A stretch of DNA of 64,000 nucleotides, from contig CAWGMQ010000010.1 in assembly GCA_963823665.1 (NCBI GenBank), positions 1,504,001 through 1,568,000 on the forward strand, written 5' to 3'. The notes below the pieces were generated by a model. The model was not told where the DNA came from. It did not search any database and saw only the letters and a list, made by a program, of their open reading frames with translations. Made by a program: the position numbers and the translations under genes. Origin of the DNA: an uncultured Planctomycetota bacterium (GTDB lineage: Bacteria; Planctomycetota; Planctomycetia; Isosphaerales; Isosphaeraceae). Position 1 is the first letter of the stretch. The number at the start of each line of letters is the position of its first letter. Positions 20,339 to 30,756 of the stretch are shown piece by piece.

Positions 20339-21916
20339 GCCGGTGCCGTTCGAAGCGATGGTGGCGGGAGCCGGGGTGGGGCGCAGGCGCGTCTCGTTGA
20401 CGAACGATTCGGTGGCGGGGTCGAGGATGCCGTTGGTGTGGCCGTTGGGACGGTGAACGTACATGGCATTTCTTGCGACGACGATCTGATGTTCGGGGGG
20501 TGGTGCCAAATCGTACTGGCTGGGACGCGCATGATCATCCAACTGAAGCTGGGGGTTGTAGACGCTGTTGAACTTCCAGAGCATCTTGAGCGTGTTTGTC
20601 TGGCCGCGCGCCAGGTTGCCGGCCAGAATCCCCGCGAGGGATTTGACGGCGGACCAGCCCAGGTGCTTGCGGTTAAGCACAGACTGGGTGGTCACGAGTT
20701 CGCGATAGAACTCGGCCAGCGGCAGCTTGGTCGGCAGCACGGCATGCTGGATGTCGAAGAGGCGGTAGTCTCTGGTCGAAAGCCGGCGCGACTCGGTGAG
20801 CCAGGTTTCGGTTCCGGGGTAGGGCGTGTTGACGCTGATGTTCACGATCTCGGGGATCTCGAGGCACCACTCGCGGATCACCTCGAACTGGCGGCGGTCC
20901 CAGGCGGGGTCAGCGATCAAGTTGATCGCCACCATCACGCCAAGCGATCTCGCGAATTCGAGCGCTTCGAGATTCTTGGAGACGCTCACGCGCTTGCGAA
21001 AGCGTTTGAGCCCCTCTTCATCGATTGCCTCCACGCCCAGGAACATATATTGAAGCCCGAGCTTTTTCCAGAAACGAAATACATCCTTGTTCCGCAGCAG
21101 CACGTCGCCGCGGGTCTCGAGGTAGTACTGCTTCTTGATGCCGCGGCGAGCGACGGCCTCGCCGATCGCCATGCCGTGGTGAGCCTGGATGAAGGCGACG
21201 TCGTCGACGATGAAGACCCCGGGCTCGCGAATGCTCGCCAGTTCGTCAGCGGCTGCTTCGGCGCTCTTGACGCGGTAGCTGCGGCCGTAAAATGTCCAGG
21301 CGCTGCAGAACGAGCAATCCCAGGGACATCCTCGCGAGAATTCGATCGAGGCACAGGGATCGAGCACGCCGATGAAATACTTGCGACGGTGGCGAAGCAA
21401 GTCACGCGCGGCGACCAGATCGTCGAGGTTCTTGATGAAGCCAGGCGCGGGCCCATCTCCCTGGGCGGCCACCACGCCCGGCACCTCGAGCAGGGACCGT
21501 TCATCTCGGTTCTCGATCGCCTCCAGAAGCGGCACGACCGCAGCCTCGCCCTCACCTTTCAATACACATGCAATCGCGCCGCCGGCGTGCTCGAGCAGAT
21601 CACGCGCGATGAACGATGCACTGTGACCGCCGGCGAACACGAACGCTGCGGGGCAGACGGCTGCCGCCAGTTTGGCAAGATCAACCACTTCGGGCACGTT
21701 GGCCAGGTAGTTGCAGGAGAGAGCGATCGCGTCGGGCTGCCAATGGCGGAGTGCTCGCTCGAACTGATTCGCCGGCTCGACCTGGAGGTCGATCAAATGG
21801 ACGTCGTGTCCGGCCCGCCGCGCGGCCTGCGCGATCAGCTCGATCCCAAGCGGCTCGAGACGGAGGAAGATCTTGGAATACATCAAACAACTGGGAGATA
21901 CCGCGAGGATCTTCAT
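20318..21916 (-). CDS. hpnR: Hopanoid C-3 methylase, B12-binding radical SAM
   Basis: LMYSKIFLRLEPLG N-terminus, GCPWDCSFCSAWTFYGR, TPYPGTE, LFDIQHAVLPT. Confidence 0.85.
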   Translation of the reverse strand: MKILAVSPSCLMYSKIFLRLEPLGIELIAQAARRAGHDVHLIDLQVEPANQFERALRHWQPDAIALSCNYLANVPEVVDLAKLAAAVCPAAFVFAGGHSASFIARDLLEHAGGAIACVLKGEGEAAVVPLLEAIENRDERSLLEVPGVVAAQGDGPAPGFIKNLDDLVAARDLLRHRRKYFIGVLDPCASIEFSRGCPWDCSFCSAWTFYGRSYRVKSAEAAADELASIREPGVFIVDDVAFIQAHHGMAIGEAVARRGIKKQYYLETRGDVLLRNKDVFRFWKKLGLQYMFLGVEAIDEEGLKRFRKRVSVSKNLEALEFARSLGVMVAINLIADPAWDRRQFEVIREWCLEIPEIVNISVNTPYPGTETWLTESRRLSTRDYRLFDIQHAVLPTKLPLAEFYRELVTTQSVLNRKHLGWSAVKSLAGILAGNLARGQTNTLKMLWKFNSVYNPQLQLDDHARPSQYDLAPPPEHQIVVARNAMYVHRPNGHTNGILDPATESFVNETRLRPTPAPATIASNGTGVGQASA

Positions 21917-22205
21917 GACGCCTCAGGGTGCTTTCGACGCGACGGGTCCGATCAACGAGACTCCGCTTGTAGCACGATTCTCTCCCTTGAACCAGAACAA
22001 CCAACCCCTGTCCGAGCGGTTCGGACGGATTTTCGCCAATCGCGGGAACACAAAGCACCAGAAGGGTTTCCCTATCCTTTCTCGTTTGACGAGCCCGGCA
22101 TCATCGGGTTTATTGAGGTATACTCATGATCAGTGACGATTCTCAAAGGTCAGGGCGCTCTGGTAGAATCCGTTTTTGCGATTCGCGTTTGAGTTTGGAG
22201 CGGTG

Positions 22206-23645
22206 ATGATGGCGGGTGAAGCGAGCCAAAGTACGACCAAGAAGTTGTACATCGAGACGGTCGGCTGCCAGATGAATTTGCTGGACAGCGAGCTGGTGGT
22301 GGCGAAGCTGCGCAATGACGGCTACGAGCTGACGGACGACCTGAATCAGGCCGATCTGGTCCTTTACAACACGTGCTCGGTCCGGCAGCACGCGGAGGAC
22401 AAGGTCTACAGCGCGCTTGGACGGATCAAGCGGCTGAAGGAGCGGAAGCCGGGGCTGGCGATCGGCGTGATGGGGTGCATGGCGCAGAAGGATCAGGAGC
22501 AGATTTTTCGGCGCGCACCGCATGTCGACGTGGTGGTGGGCCCTGGTCAGCTTGCGAAGGTGGGTGAGTTGGTTGAGCGATCGCGGGCGGAACAGACGCG
22601 GCAGATTGCGGTGAGCAGAGCGCGGTCGGACGGGTCGCTGGAGGTGATTGCGGCGAGCTTCGAGGGGTATGACGCGGATCGCGAGCCCGCGCTGCGGCCG
22701 ACGCCGTTCCAGGCGTTCATCCGTGTGATGATGGGGTGCGACAAGTTCTGTACCTACTGTATTGTCCCGGCGGTGCGCGGGCCGGAGCAGAGCCGAGCGC
22801 CGGAGGTGATCCTTGAAGAGGCACGCGTGCTGGCAGGGCAGGGGGTGAAGGAGATCACACTTCTTGGGCAGACGGTCAACAGCTACAAATTCCGGCGGCC
22901 GGATGGACGCGTCGAGCGGCTCTCAAGCCTGCTTGAGCGGTTGCAGGATATCGAGGGACTCGAGCGGATCAAGTTCATCACCAATTTTCCCAACGACATG
23001 ACGGACGACCTGTTGCAGGCGGTGCGCGATTTGACGAAGGTATGCCCTTACATCCACGTGCCGGCGCAGAGCGGGTGTGATGTGGTGCTGAAGCGGATGA
23101 AGCGGCTGTACACGGTGGGCTACTACGAGGAGATGCTCGCGCGGATTCGATCGACGGTTCCTGGGGTGGCGATTTCGAGCGACTTCATCGTGGGGTTTTG
23201 CGGGGAGGACGAGGCATCGTTCGAGCGGACGGTAGGGTTGGTCGAGCGGTCCCGGTTCAAGAACAGCTTCATTTTCAAGTACAGTCCGCGGGAGACGACG
23301 AAGGCGGCGTTGCTTTATGAAGACGACGTACCGGAGGCGGTGAAAAAGCGCCGGAATAACGAGCTACTCGCCTTGCAAACAGCGATCAGCTTGGAAGACA
23401 ATCAGCGGTGGGTTGGACGAACCGTTCCGGTGTTTGTGGAAGGGCCGAGCAAGAAGACGGCCCGCCGGGATGGTTGGGAGAGTGTTGACCAGTTAACGGG
23501 CCGCACGCGGTGTGATCGGATCGTGGTGTTCGACGGGCCCGAGCGGCTGGTGGGTGAGGAAGTGCGTGTCCTGGTTGAAGACGCGAGCGCGGTTGCTCTC
23601 TTCGGCCGGGTAGAGACATTTGAGCGCATTGCGACTCCGGCGTGA
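22206..23645 (+). CDS. miaB: tRNA-i6A37 methylthiotransferase
   Basis: GCQMN, NTCSVR, GCMAQ, GCDKFCTYC, C-terminal TRAM domain. Confidence 0.95.
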   Translation: MMAGEASQSTTKKLYIETVGCQMNLLDSELVVAKLRNDGYELTDDLNQADLVLYNTCSVRQHAEDKVYSALGRIKRLKERKPGLAIGVMGCMAQKDQEQIFRRAPHVDVVVGPGQLAKVGELVERSRAEQTRQIAVSRARSDGSLEVIAASFEGYDADREPALRPTPFQAFIRVMMGCDKFCTYCIVPAVRGPEQSRAPEVILEEARVLAGQGVKEITLLGQTVNSYKFRRPDGRVERLSSLLERLQDIEGLERIKFITNFPNDMTDDLLQAVRDLTKVCPYIHVPAQSGCDVVLKRMKRLYTVGYYEEMLARIRSTVPGVAISSDFIVGFCGEDEASFERTVGLVERSRFKNSFIFKYSPRETTKAALLYEDDVPEAVKKRRNNELLALQTAISLEDNQRWVGRTVPVFVEGPSKKTARRDGWESVDQLTGRTRCDRIVVFDGPERLVGEEVRVLVEDASAVALFGRVETFERIATPA

Positions 23646-23660
23646 AGGGAAGTACGTACG

Positions 23661-24407
23661 ATGGCCGGCTCGCTTTTGGACCGGGTATGCTGCTGGATTG
23701 CGTGGGGTGGAATCGAGGAGCGGTTTGCACCCGAGCCGCGATCGCTCGAGCACGGGTTTCCCGGGAACGGGCATTCGTGCCGACCGGGCGCGGATCCGCG
23801 AGCGATCGCGGACTGGGAGGACCGGCACGGTTATCAGCTTCCACACGGGCTTCAGGCATGGTTGCGGCTCTCAAACGGGTTGTTTGGCGGAGGCCCGTAC
23901 ATCCATCCGATCACGGCGATTGGCCCGATGGTGCCGTTTGCGCGAGTTCCGGGGATGGTTGTGCAACCGGAGAGCTGGTTCGAGCTGGGCAATCCGAACC
24001 GGCAGACGATCTGCATTGACCTGGCGTATCGCTTGCCGGGAGGCAGTTATCCGATCTTCACTTCCGGCGACGACGAGATGGGGAGTCCGCCGCGGATCAT
24101 TGCGCGGAGCTTCGAGGAGTGGTTTCTCGAGCTGTTGCGGCATGAGGGGCGGGAATACTGGTTCAATTCCGGCTTCCGGGATTTCGGCGACCCGTGGCAA
24201 TCGCATCGCCGGCATGTTACGGAGCCACTGTTGCCGCCCCGGTTGAGGGCCTACGCCGACCGCGCTGCCAGGCTGCACGCGAGTGGGGCAGACGAGCGGA
24301 TGATCGCCGCGAGCCTGGGGCTAGCCCGGGCCGATGTCGAGGCCATCTTCCGTCACCTCCAACATCTGACACCGGATCGCGTTTCTTCGAGGGCGTCGGG
24401 AACGTAG
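23661..24407 (+). CDS. SMI1/KNR4 family protein
   Basis: IADWEDRHGYQLP..L..WL..SNG and IARSFEEW. Confidence 0.75.
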   Translation: MAGSLLDRVCCWIAWGGIEERFAPEPRSLEHGFPGNGHSCRPGADPRAIADWEDRHGYQLPHGLQAWLRLSNGLFGGGPYIHPITAIGPMVPFARVPGMVVQPESWFELGNPNRQTICIDLAYRLPGGSYPIFTSGDDEMGSPPRIIARSFEEWFLELLRHEGREYWFNSGFRDFGDPWQSHRRHVTEPLLPPRLRAYADRAARLHASGADERMIAASLGLARADVEAIFRHLQHLTPDRVSSRASGT

Positions 24408-24469
24408 GATTGCGTCAATACCAACTTTCTGCAATAAACGCCAAGCACGCCGCGGAGCGGCACTGAGGC

Positions 24470-24506
24470 CGTTCCCACGCAACGCGTGGGAACGAGGTTT
24501 TTTTTT
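24470..24506 (+). terminator. REP-like hairpin with T-run, likely intrinsic terminator
   Basis: CGTTCCCACGC-AAC-GCGTGGGAACG, then AGG and T9. Confidence 0.6.
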
Positions 24507-24537
24507 GCTCTCACAACTCGGTGTCTGAGAATTCTGG

Positions 24538-27500
24538 ATGACGGCCGGCTGGTTTCTGACGTATCACGAGGTTCCCGAGGTTGTGCAGGGGTGGCTCGCC
24601 CGGCTGGGCGTGCGGGACCCGGAGCGCGGCAGCCGCGATCTGGCGGATCTTACCCGGCGGGCGGGAACTGATTCCCTGGAGGACATCGACCGGCTGGCGG
24701 TGATGCTCGACGCGATATTGCCCAGGTGCGCCGATCCGGGGATGGCGCTGGCGAACCTCGAGCGATACCTGGCGGCTGTGCCCAGGCTGAGCTCGACCTT
24801 ACGCGATCTCGCCGGCGACAACCGAATGGCCGAGATCTTGCTGCAGGTCTTCAGCACCAGCCATTACTTCAGCGAAGTCTTGATCCGTGACCCCGAGCTG
24901 CTCGATTGGCTGAGGGCCGGGCCGGAGCGCCCGGACCGATCGTCGCTGGTCGAGGAGATCTGGGCCGCGCTCGAAGCAATGGGTGACGAGAACGAGCAGT
25001 CGCTCGCCCTGCGGCGGTTTCGCCAGCGTGAGAGCCTGAGAATCGGCTACAACGATATCGTCCGAGGTTTTCCGCTGGAAGTGATCACTCTCGACCTCTC
25101 CGATCTGGCGGACGCTTGTGTTGAAGCGGCGCTGCGACTCGCACGCACCCGTGCCGTAGCTCGCTACGGCGTGCCGCGGTCAGCGGGCGGGGGCGAAGCC
25201 CGGTTCGTCGTGCTGGGACTGGGCAAGCTGGGAGGCCAGGAGCTCAACTACAGCTCTGACATCGATTTGATCTTCCTGTACGACCTGGACGGAGCGACGG
25301 ACGGACCGAAGGTCGTTTCCAACTCCGAGTTCTTCGCGAGGATGGGAAGCGAGCTGGTCCGGCTGCTGGTCGAGCACACTGCACTGGGTATCGTTTATCG
25401 AGTCGACATGCGTTTGCGCCCTGATGGCGAGGAAGGGGCGCTGGCCAGGCCGCTGGGGGCGACGCTGGGCTATTACGTGACGCGGGGCCGAACGTGGGAG
25501 CGGCAGGCGCTTATCAAGTGCCGCGCGGTCGCCGGTGACCTCGAGCTGGGCAAGACGTTCTGCGACGAGATCCAGCCGTTCGTTTTTCGCCGGTTCCTGG
25601 GCGCCGCGGAAATCGCTGAGATCAAGTCGCTCAAGCGGCGGATCGAGCAGCGCAGCCTCTCGGCGGGGACGGCCGAAGTGGAGGTGAAGACCGGACGCGG
25701 CGGTATTCGCGATATCGAATTCGTGGTGCAGTTCCTGCAGTTGCTGCACGGCGGCGAGTATCCCGAAGTGCGGCATGGCACCACGCTGGCGGCGATTGCG
25801 CAGCTCGAGCACATGGGGTGTTTGACCACGGAGGAGCGAAACATCCTGGACGACAATTACCGGTTCCTGCGACGGGTGGAGCACCGGCTGCAGATCCTCT
25901 TCGACCGGCAGACTCACGAGATGCCGCGCGAAGGGACCGCGCGGCGAACGCTGGCGCTGCGGATGGGATACATGCCGGAAAGCGCGTGGGAGGACTGGGA
26001 AGGCCCGACGGCGCGGTTCATGGCCGACTATCGCAGCAAGACGGAGCTAAATCGACGGATCCTCAATCACTTGCTTCACGATGCATTCAGCGGCGAGGTC
26101 GGCCCAGCCGTCGACCCGGTTGTCGACCTGGTGCTCGACCCCGAGCCCGGGGAAGAGTTCGTGAAGGAAGTGCTGGCGCGTTATCCGTTTCGAGACCGCC
26201 AGACCGCCTACATGAATTTGATGGCGCTGGCTCGAGAGGATTTTCAGTTCCTCTCGCAGGCCCGCTGCCGTCATTTCTTCGCGGCCATCGCCCCGCGGCT
26301 TCTGGAAGCGATCAGCCGCAGTCCGGACCCGGACATGACGCTGACGAATCTCGAGAAAGTGTCGGCGTCGCTGGGCGCGAAGGCGATTCTCTGGGAGCTC
26401 TTCAACTTCAATCCGCCGAGCCTCCGGCTGTATGTGGAGCTGTGTGCCAATAGCCAGTTCCTTTCCGAGATCCTGATCAACAATCCGGGCATGATTGACG
26501 ATCTGGTCGACAGCTTGGTGGTCGATCGGGCGCTGCCGGGTGCAGCGATCAAGGCCGAGCTTGCCGGACTGTGCAAAGGTGCTGAGGACCTGGCGCCCAT
26601 ACTGTGGAGCTTCCGGAACAAGGAGTGGGTTCGCGTGGGCACGCGCGACATCCTGGGCCGCGAGCCGGTGCGCGAAGTGACGAGAGAGCTTGCCGACCTG
26701 GCCGAGGCGGTCGTCACTCAGACCGCTCGCGATCAGTGGGACCGCCGCGCAGCGAAGTACGGAACGCCGGTGTGTTCCGCCACCGGCAAGCGCGATCGAT
26801 GGGCAATCGTGGCGCTCGGCAAGCTCGGCGGTCGTGAACTTTCTTATCACAGCGACCTCGATCTGATCTTCGTGCACGAAGCCGAGGGGATGACTCGCGG
26901 CGGGGGTATGAGCATTTCCAACGATCAGTTCGTGAACGAGGTGGCGCTTCGTGTGCTTGCGGCGCTTGCAGGAGGCCCGACGTCTGGCCCGCTCTACGCG
27001 GTGGACACCCGGCTTCGACCCCATGGTGCCTCCGGCCCTCTGATTCAAACCTTGACCGCGATGATCGACTACTATCGAAAAACGGGCCAGATCTGGGAGC
27101 GGATGAGCCTTACACGGGCGCGGGTGATCTTCGCGACCGGCGGGTTTGGCGAGCAGGTGACGGGGGCAATCCGGTCGCTGCTGCTGGCCGAGGTCGATCA
27201 AATCACGCTGGCCGCCGGGGTTCTGGCGATGAGGCGCAAGCTCGAGGCAGCGCGGCCGCGGCACGATCTGAAACGCGGTCCGGGAGGTCTTGCCGACATC
27301 GAGTTCATCGTTCAATACCTCCAGCTCTTGCACGCTTCGAGCGAGCCGGACCTTCTGCGCTCGAACATGTGGGAAGCCCTGGCGGCTTTGCGGCGGCACC
27401 GCATCATCACACCGGCCGTGTGCGCCGATCTGCGCAGAGCTTACGAGTTCCTGCGGACGATCGAGGGGAGGCTGCGGCTCGTCTATAACCGGAGCGTCTC

Positions 27501-27669
27501 GGAGCTTCCGGAAGACCGAAGTGAGATCGAGCGTCTGGCGCGGCGGATGAGTGACGAATCGGCCGATCCGGCGCGCGCGGTCGAAGCGTTTCTGGCCGAG
27601 GCGCAGAGGAAGACGCAGCGCACGCGGCAGATCTTCGAGGAGATTGTCGGCGCGCTTGCGACCCCATGA
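24538..27669 (+). CDS. glnE: Bifunctional glutamine synthetase adenylyltransferase/deadenylase
   Basis: Two GKLGG.EL.Y.SD.DL nucleotidyltransferase domains; DMRLRPDG, GG..DIEF. Confidence 0.95.
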   Translation: MTAGWFLTYHEVPEVVQGWLARLGVRDPERGSRDLADLTRRAGTDSLEDIDRLAVMLDAILPRCADPGMALANLERYLAAVPRLSSTLRDLAGDNRMAEILLQVFSTSHYFSEVLIRDPELLDWLRAGPERPDRSSLVEEIWAALEAMGDENEQSLALRRFRQRESLRIGYNDIVRGFPLEVITLDLSDLADACVEAALRLARTRAVARYGVPRSAGGGEARFVVLGLGKLGGQELNYSSDIDLIFLYDLDGATDGPKVVSNSEFFARMGSELVRLLVEHTALGIVYRVDMRLRPDGEEGALARPLGATLGYYVTRGRTWERQALIKCRAVAGDLELGKTFCDEIQPFVFRRFLGAAEIAEIKSLKRRIEQRSLSAGTAEVEVKTGRGGIRDIEFVVQFLQLLHGGEYPEVRHGTTLAAIAQLEHMGCLTTEERNILDDNYRFLRRVEHRLQILFDRQTHEMPREGTARRTLALRMGYMPESAWEDWEGPTARFMADYRSKTELNRRILNHLLHDAFSGEVGPAVDPVVDLVLDPEPGEEFVKEVLARYPFRDRQTAYMNLMALAREDFQFLSQARCRHFFAAIAPRLLEAISRSPDPDMTLTNLEKVSASLGAKAILWELFNFNPPSLRLYVELCANSQFLSEILINNPGMIDDLVDSLVVDRALPGAAIKAELAGLCKGAEDLAPILWSFRNKEWVRVGTRDILGREPVREVTRELADLAEAVVTQTARDQWDRRAAKYGTPVCSATGKRDRWAIVALGKLGGRELSYHSDLDLIFVHEAEGMTRGGGMSISNDQFVNEVALRVLAALAGGPTSGPLYAVDTRLRPHGASGPLIQTLTAMIDYYRKTGQIWERMSLTRARVIFATGGFGEQVTGAIRSLLLAEVDQITLAAGVLAMRRKLEAARPRHDLKRGPGGLADIEFIVQYLQLLHASSEPDLLRSNMWEALAALRRHRIITPAVCADLRRAYEFLRTIEGRLRLVYNRSVSELPEDRSEIERLARRMSDESADPARAVEAFLAEAQRKTQRTRQIFEEIVGALATP

Positions 27670-27845
27670 GCGCGGGCCGCCGGCCTAGGACCACTCGTGG
27701 CAGACCACTCCATTCATCAAACACCGGCCTTGCCGCCGGGGCCCCGGCGCGCGATCATGCCATTACTCGGACAATTATCAGAGGCAGTTTGGCGGGATGG
27801 TGCGGAACGCGGCCTCCTGTGCGGCGGCAGCGACGAGCGAGACTC

Positions 27846-30275
27846 ATGAGCAGGATGGCTGGCTGGCGAATTGGTTTGGGGCCGGTATTCGCTTACGAGC
27901 GGATTGCTGCGTCGCGGCGCTGGCAGGGATACGCGCTGCGATCGATGTTCGCTTCGGCGCTACTCGTCGCGCTGCTCTGCGCGTGGACCAGCGCCGTGCA
28001 GGCACCGACCGTTTCCACCATCCGGTACCTTGCCGTGCTGGGGAAGGGCTTCTTCCTGGCTGTGGTCGGCACGGAGCTCGCGATCGTGATTCTGGCGGCA
28101 CCTGCGGCGACAGCAGGCGCGATTTGCCTCGACCGGGCTCGTGGTACGCTTTCACACATGCTGATGACGGATCTCTCCGCTGCTGAGATCGTTCTGGGCA
28201 AGCTGGGCTCGCGGCTGCTGCCGGTGCTCTCCATGTTGGTCTGCGCCCTGCCGATTCTCGAGCTGCTCACGCTTCTGGGCGGCGTGGACCCGGCCGCCCT
28301 CCTGACCGGCTTCGTCGTTACGGCGAGCGTGGCGCTGCTCGGTTGCTCGCTGGCGATCTGCCTCTCGCTCTGGATGAGGAAGACGCATGAGGCCCTGCTC
28401 ATGACTTACGCGTCGCTGGGGGCGTGGCTTCTGACCTGGCCGAGCATCGAGCTGCTGGCGAATCAGACCGGTTGGCTGTGGATCATGCCGTCCAGAAACA
28501 TCGATCCGTTCTACATGGCACTGGCCCCGTACTGGCGGCCGGGTGCGGTGGCGCCGGGCGACTATCTCTATTTCACCGGAGTGATCGGCTCGATTTCCAT
28601 GCTCCTCGTCACGGTGACTATCCTCAGGCTTCGGGCGGTGTGCACCCGCGAGGTCGTCAAGAAGCTGAAGCTCGCGCCTTCGGGCGTTCAGCGAGGCAAC
28701 ATCTGGCGAATCTTGCATCAGCATGTACCCTGTCTGACTCCGTCGCTCGATGGGAACCCGGTTATCTGGCGCGAGTGGCACCGTGAGCGCCCGACGCACT
28801 TCAAGCGGCTGATGACGTGGTCATACATCCTGTGTTCCACGGGCGCAAGCGTGCTCGCCATCATTTTTGCGGAAGAACGGGGACTCGCCGCGATCGTGAA
28901 CGGATTCCAGGTTTCGATCGGCTTGCTCCTGCTGGCCGTATGGGGTGCGTCGTCGCTCGCCGAAGAACGCGCGCGCGGCAGCCTCGATCCACTCTTGTGC
29001 ACGCCGTTATCGACATGGGAGATCGTGTCGGGAAAATGGCTGGGTGCCTTTCGCGCGGCGCCGTTGCTGGCCGTCCTGCCGACTTTCGTCATCGGGTCGA
29101 TCGCCTTCATCATGGAGCAGAATTATATTCTTGTATCATGCCTGATGTTGACTTATGTATTGTGTGCCGGTGGGGCTGTCATCAGCCTGGGAATCTTGAT
29201 GGCAACGTGGTTCTCGAGGCTAGGTCGCGCGGTGTCGGTGACGGTCGCGGTTTACGCCTGCGTCGCTGTCGGCTCGTTCGTCATCGCCATCACGTTGTCG
29301 AGTCCCGGACCCGGCGTGCAGCAAATCGCGATGGCTAGCCCGTTTTTCTGGGCGGGCGAGGTCACGTTCGAGGTCGCCGCGCACCAGGCGACGCCCTGGC
29401 TCGATCTGCCGGTTCTCTGGATGGGCATGGCCTTTGTCTGGGCCGTCCTGCTCCTTGATCAGGCACGCTGCGATTTCGATCGACGGCTGGGCCGCGTGGA
29501 AGACTCATCAACAAGCCTGGGTTGGCCATCCGCCCGGGCAAGACTGGCTGCCTTGGGCTATGTCCTGGCTTCAGCGTTACTCCTTGTTTTTCTGTTGCGC
29601 AGGGACTGGGTGTTTGGCGCGGCGGTTCACTTCGCGCTGGGGTCGACCGTCATCGCGGGGATGGCCGCATCAACATCTTCTGCCGATCTGATCCGGAGCC
29701 TCGAGAGGACGCTGTCGGAGTCTCGGCTTGTGCCCGCCCGGGTGATCTTCGTCAAGTGGGTGGGCACGTTTCGCTACGCATTGGTGTTCGCCGTCCTTCC
29801 CATTTTGATCATCGTCGTTCAGACAGCGCCGGGCTTCGAGCTCTGGAGGCGATTTCCGATGACAATCGGTTACATCCTCGCGGTGTATGCGGCGGCCACG
29901 AGTGTTGGCGTGGCGATGTTTGCGCGGTACCCGGGGCGCTTGAAGGCTGTTCTCTTCGCGATGCTCATTTCCGCCCTGGCGATGCTTCCCTGGTTCGCAC
30001 TGGCAGAACCGCTTGGACGAACGGCCCTGGGAACTGCCGTTTTCGAGAGCGGCCCGATTCAGGCAATTCACTCGGTGGATCGCGCAGTCGCGGGCTCGAC
30101 TTCCTTGCAGGCGAGTGCAATCGCCTGGGCGACCCTTGGGATCGCGATGTACGCCGCTTCTGCTGTCCTCCTCCTGTTAGCCGCGCGGGCAACATTCAGA
30201 CGAAGTGAAAGCACCCGAGAGTTTGGCGTCAGGATGTCCCGAGCTTCCCTTCCTCGACCGACGACCAACATCTAG
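27846..30275 (+). CDS. ABC-2-type permease-like multi-TM protein
   Basis: Many TM helices; repeated DRARGTL/EERARGSL...EIVLGK/EIVSGK motifs. Confidence 0.8.
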   Translation: MSRMAGWRIGLGPVFAYERIAASRRWQGYALRSMFASALLVALLCAWTSAVQAPTVSTIRYLAVLGKGFFLAVVGTELAIVILAAPAATAGAICLDRARGTLSHMLMTDLSAAEIVLGKLGSRLLPVLSMLVCALPILELLTLLGGVDPAALLTGFVVTASVALLGCSLAICLSLWMRKTHEALLMTYASLGAWLLTWPSIELLANQTGWLWIMPSRNIDPFYMALAPYWRPGAVAPGDYLYFTGVIGSISMLLVTVTILRLRAVCTREVVKKLKLAPSGVQRGNIWRILHQHVPCLTPSLDGNPVIWREWHRERPTHFKRLMTWSYILCSTGASVLAIIFAEERGLAAIVNGFQVSIGLLLLAVWGASSLAEERARGSLDPLLCTPLSTWEIVSGKWLGAFRAAPLLAVLPTFVIGSIAFIMEQNYILVSCLMLTYVLCAGGAVISLGILMATWFSRLGRAVSVTVAVYACVAVGSFVIAITLSSPGPGVQQIAMASPFFWAGEVTFEVAAHQATPWLDLPVLWMGMAFVWAVLLLDQARCDFDRRLGRVEDSSTSLGWPSARARLAALGYVLASALLLVFLLRRDWVFGAAVHFALGSTVIAGMAASTSSADLIRSLERTLSESRLVPARVIFVKWVGTFRYALVFAVLPILIIVVQTAPGFELWRRFPMTIGYILAVYAAATSVGVAMFARYPGRLKAVLFAMLISALAMLPWFALAEPLGRTALGTAVFESGPIQAIHSVDRAVAGSTSLQASAIAWATLGIAMYAASAVLLLLAARATFRRSESTREFGVRMSRASLPRPTTNI

Positions 30276-30284
30276 CGATCCTGC

Positions 30285-30567
30285 ATGTTCAAAAGCCGAA
30301 TTGGGCTTGGCCCGGTTTTCGCCTACGCGTGGATCACGTCGTCGCGGCGCGGCGGGGTGGCCGGCACGCAACTGGCTCTCGTGATGCTGGCGGCTCCCGC
30401 AGGCACGGCCGGTGCGATTTGCGTCGACCGAGCCACAGGCACGTTGACCCACATGCTCATGACAGACCTCTCGAGCGTGGAGATTGTGTTGGGCAAGCTG
30501 GTTGCGCGGATGGTTTCAATACTGTGCCTTCTCGCTGGCACCCTGCCGATGATGGAGTTGTTGACCA
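30285..30567 (+). pseudogene. Truncated, internally deleted paralog of the preceding permease
   Basis: RIGLGPVFAY and AGAICVDRATGTLTHMLMTDLS match the upstream N-terminus, with the intervening segment missing. Confidence 0.8.
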
Positions 30568-30756
30568 GCCGCGCACGAGCCGCGAGTGCGTTCGATGGCG
30601 GCTGTGCTGGCGCCCCCCACAAAGCATGGCCGCGGTAGTCTTGACTGGCCGGCTGGTCGTCGCGGACAATTGGAGCGCAATTCCGGAAGGAGCCGTGCTG
30701 CCTTCCACCCACGCGACGGTACACAATTCTGCCGTCCCTCTGAGAGAATAACAGCC

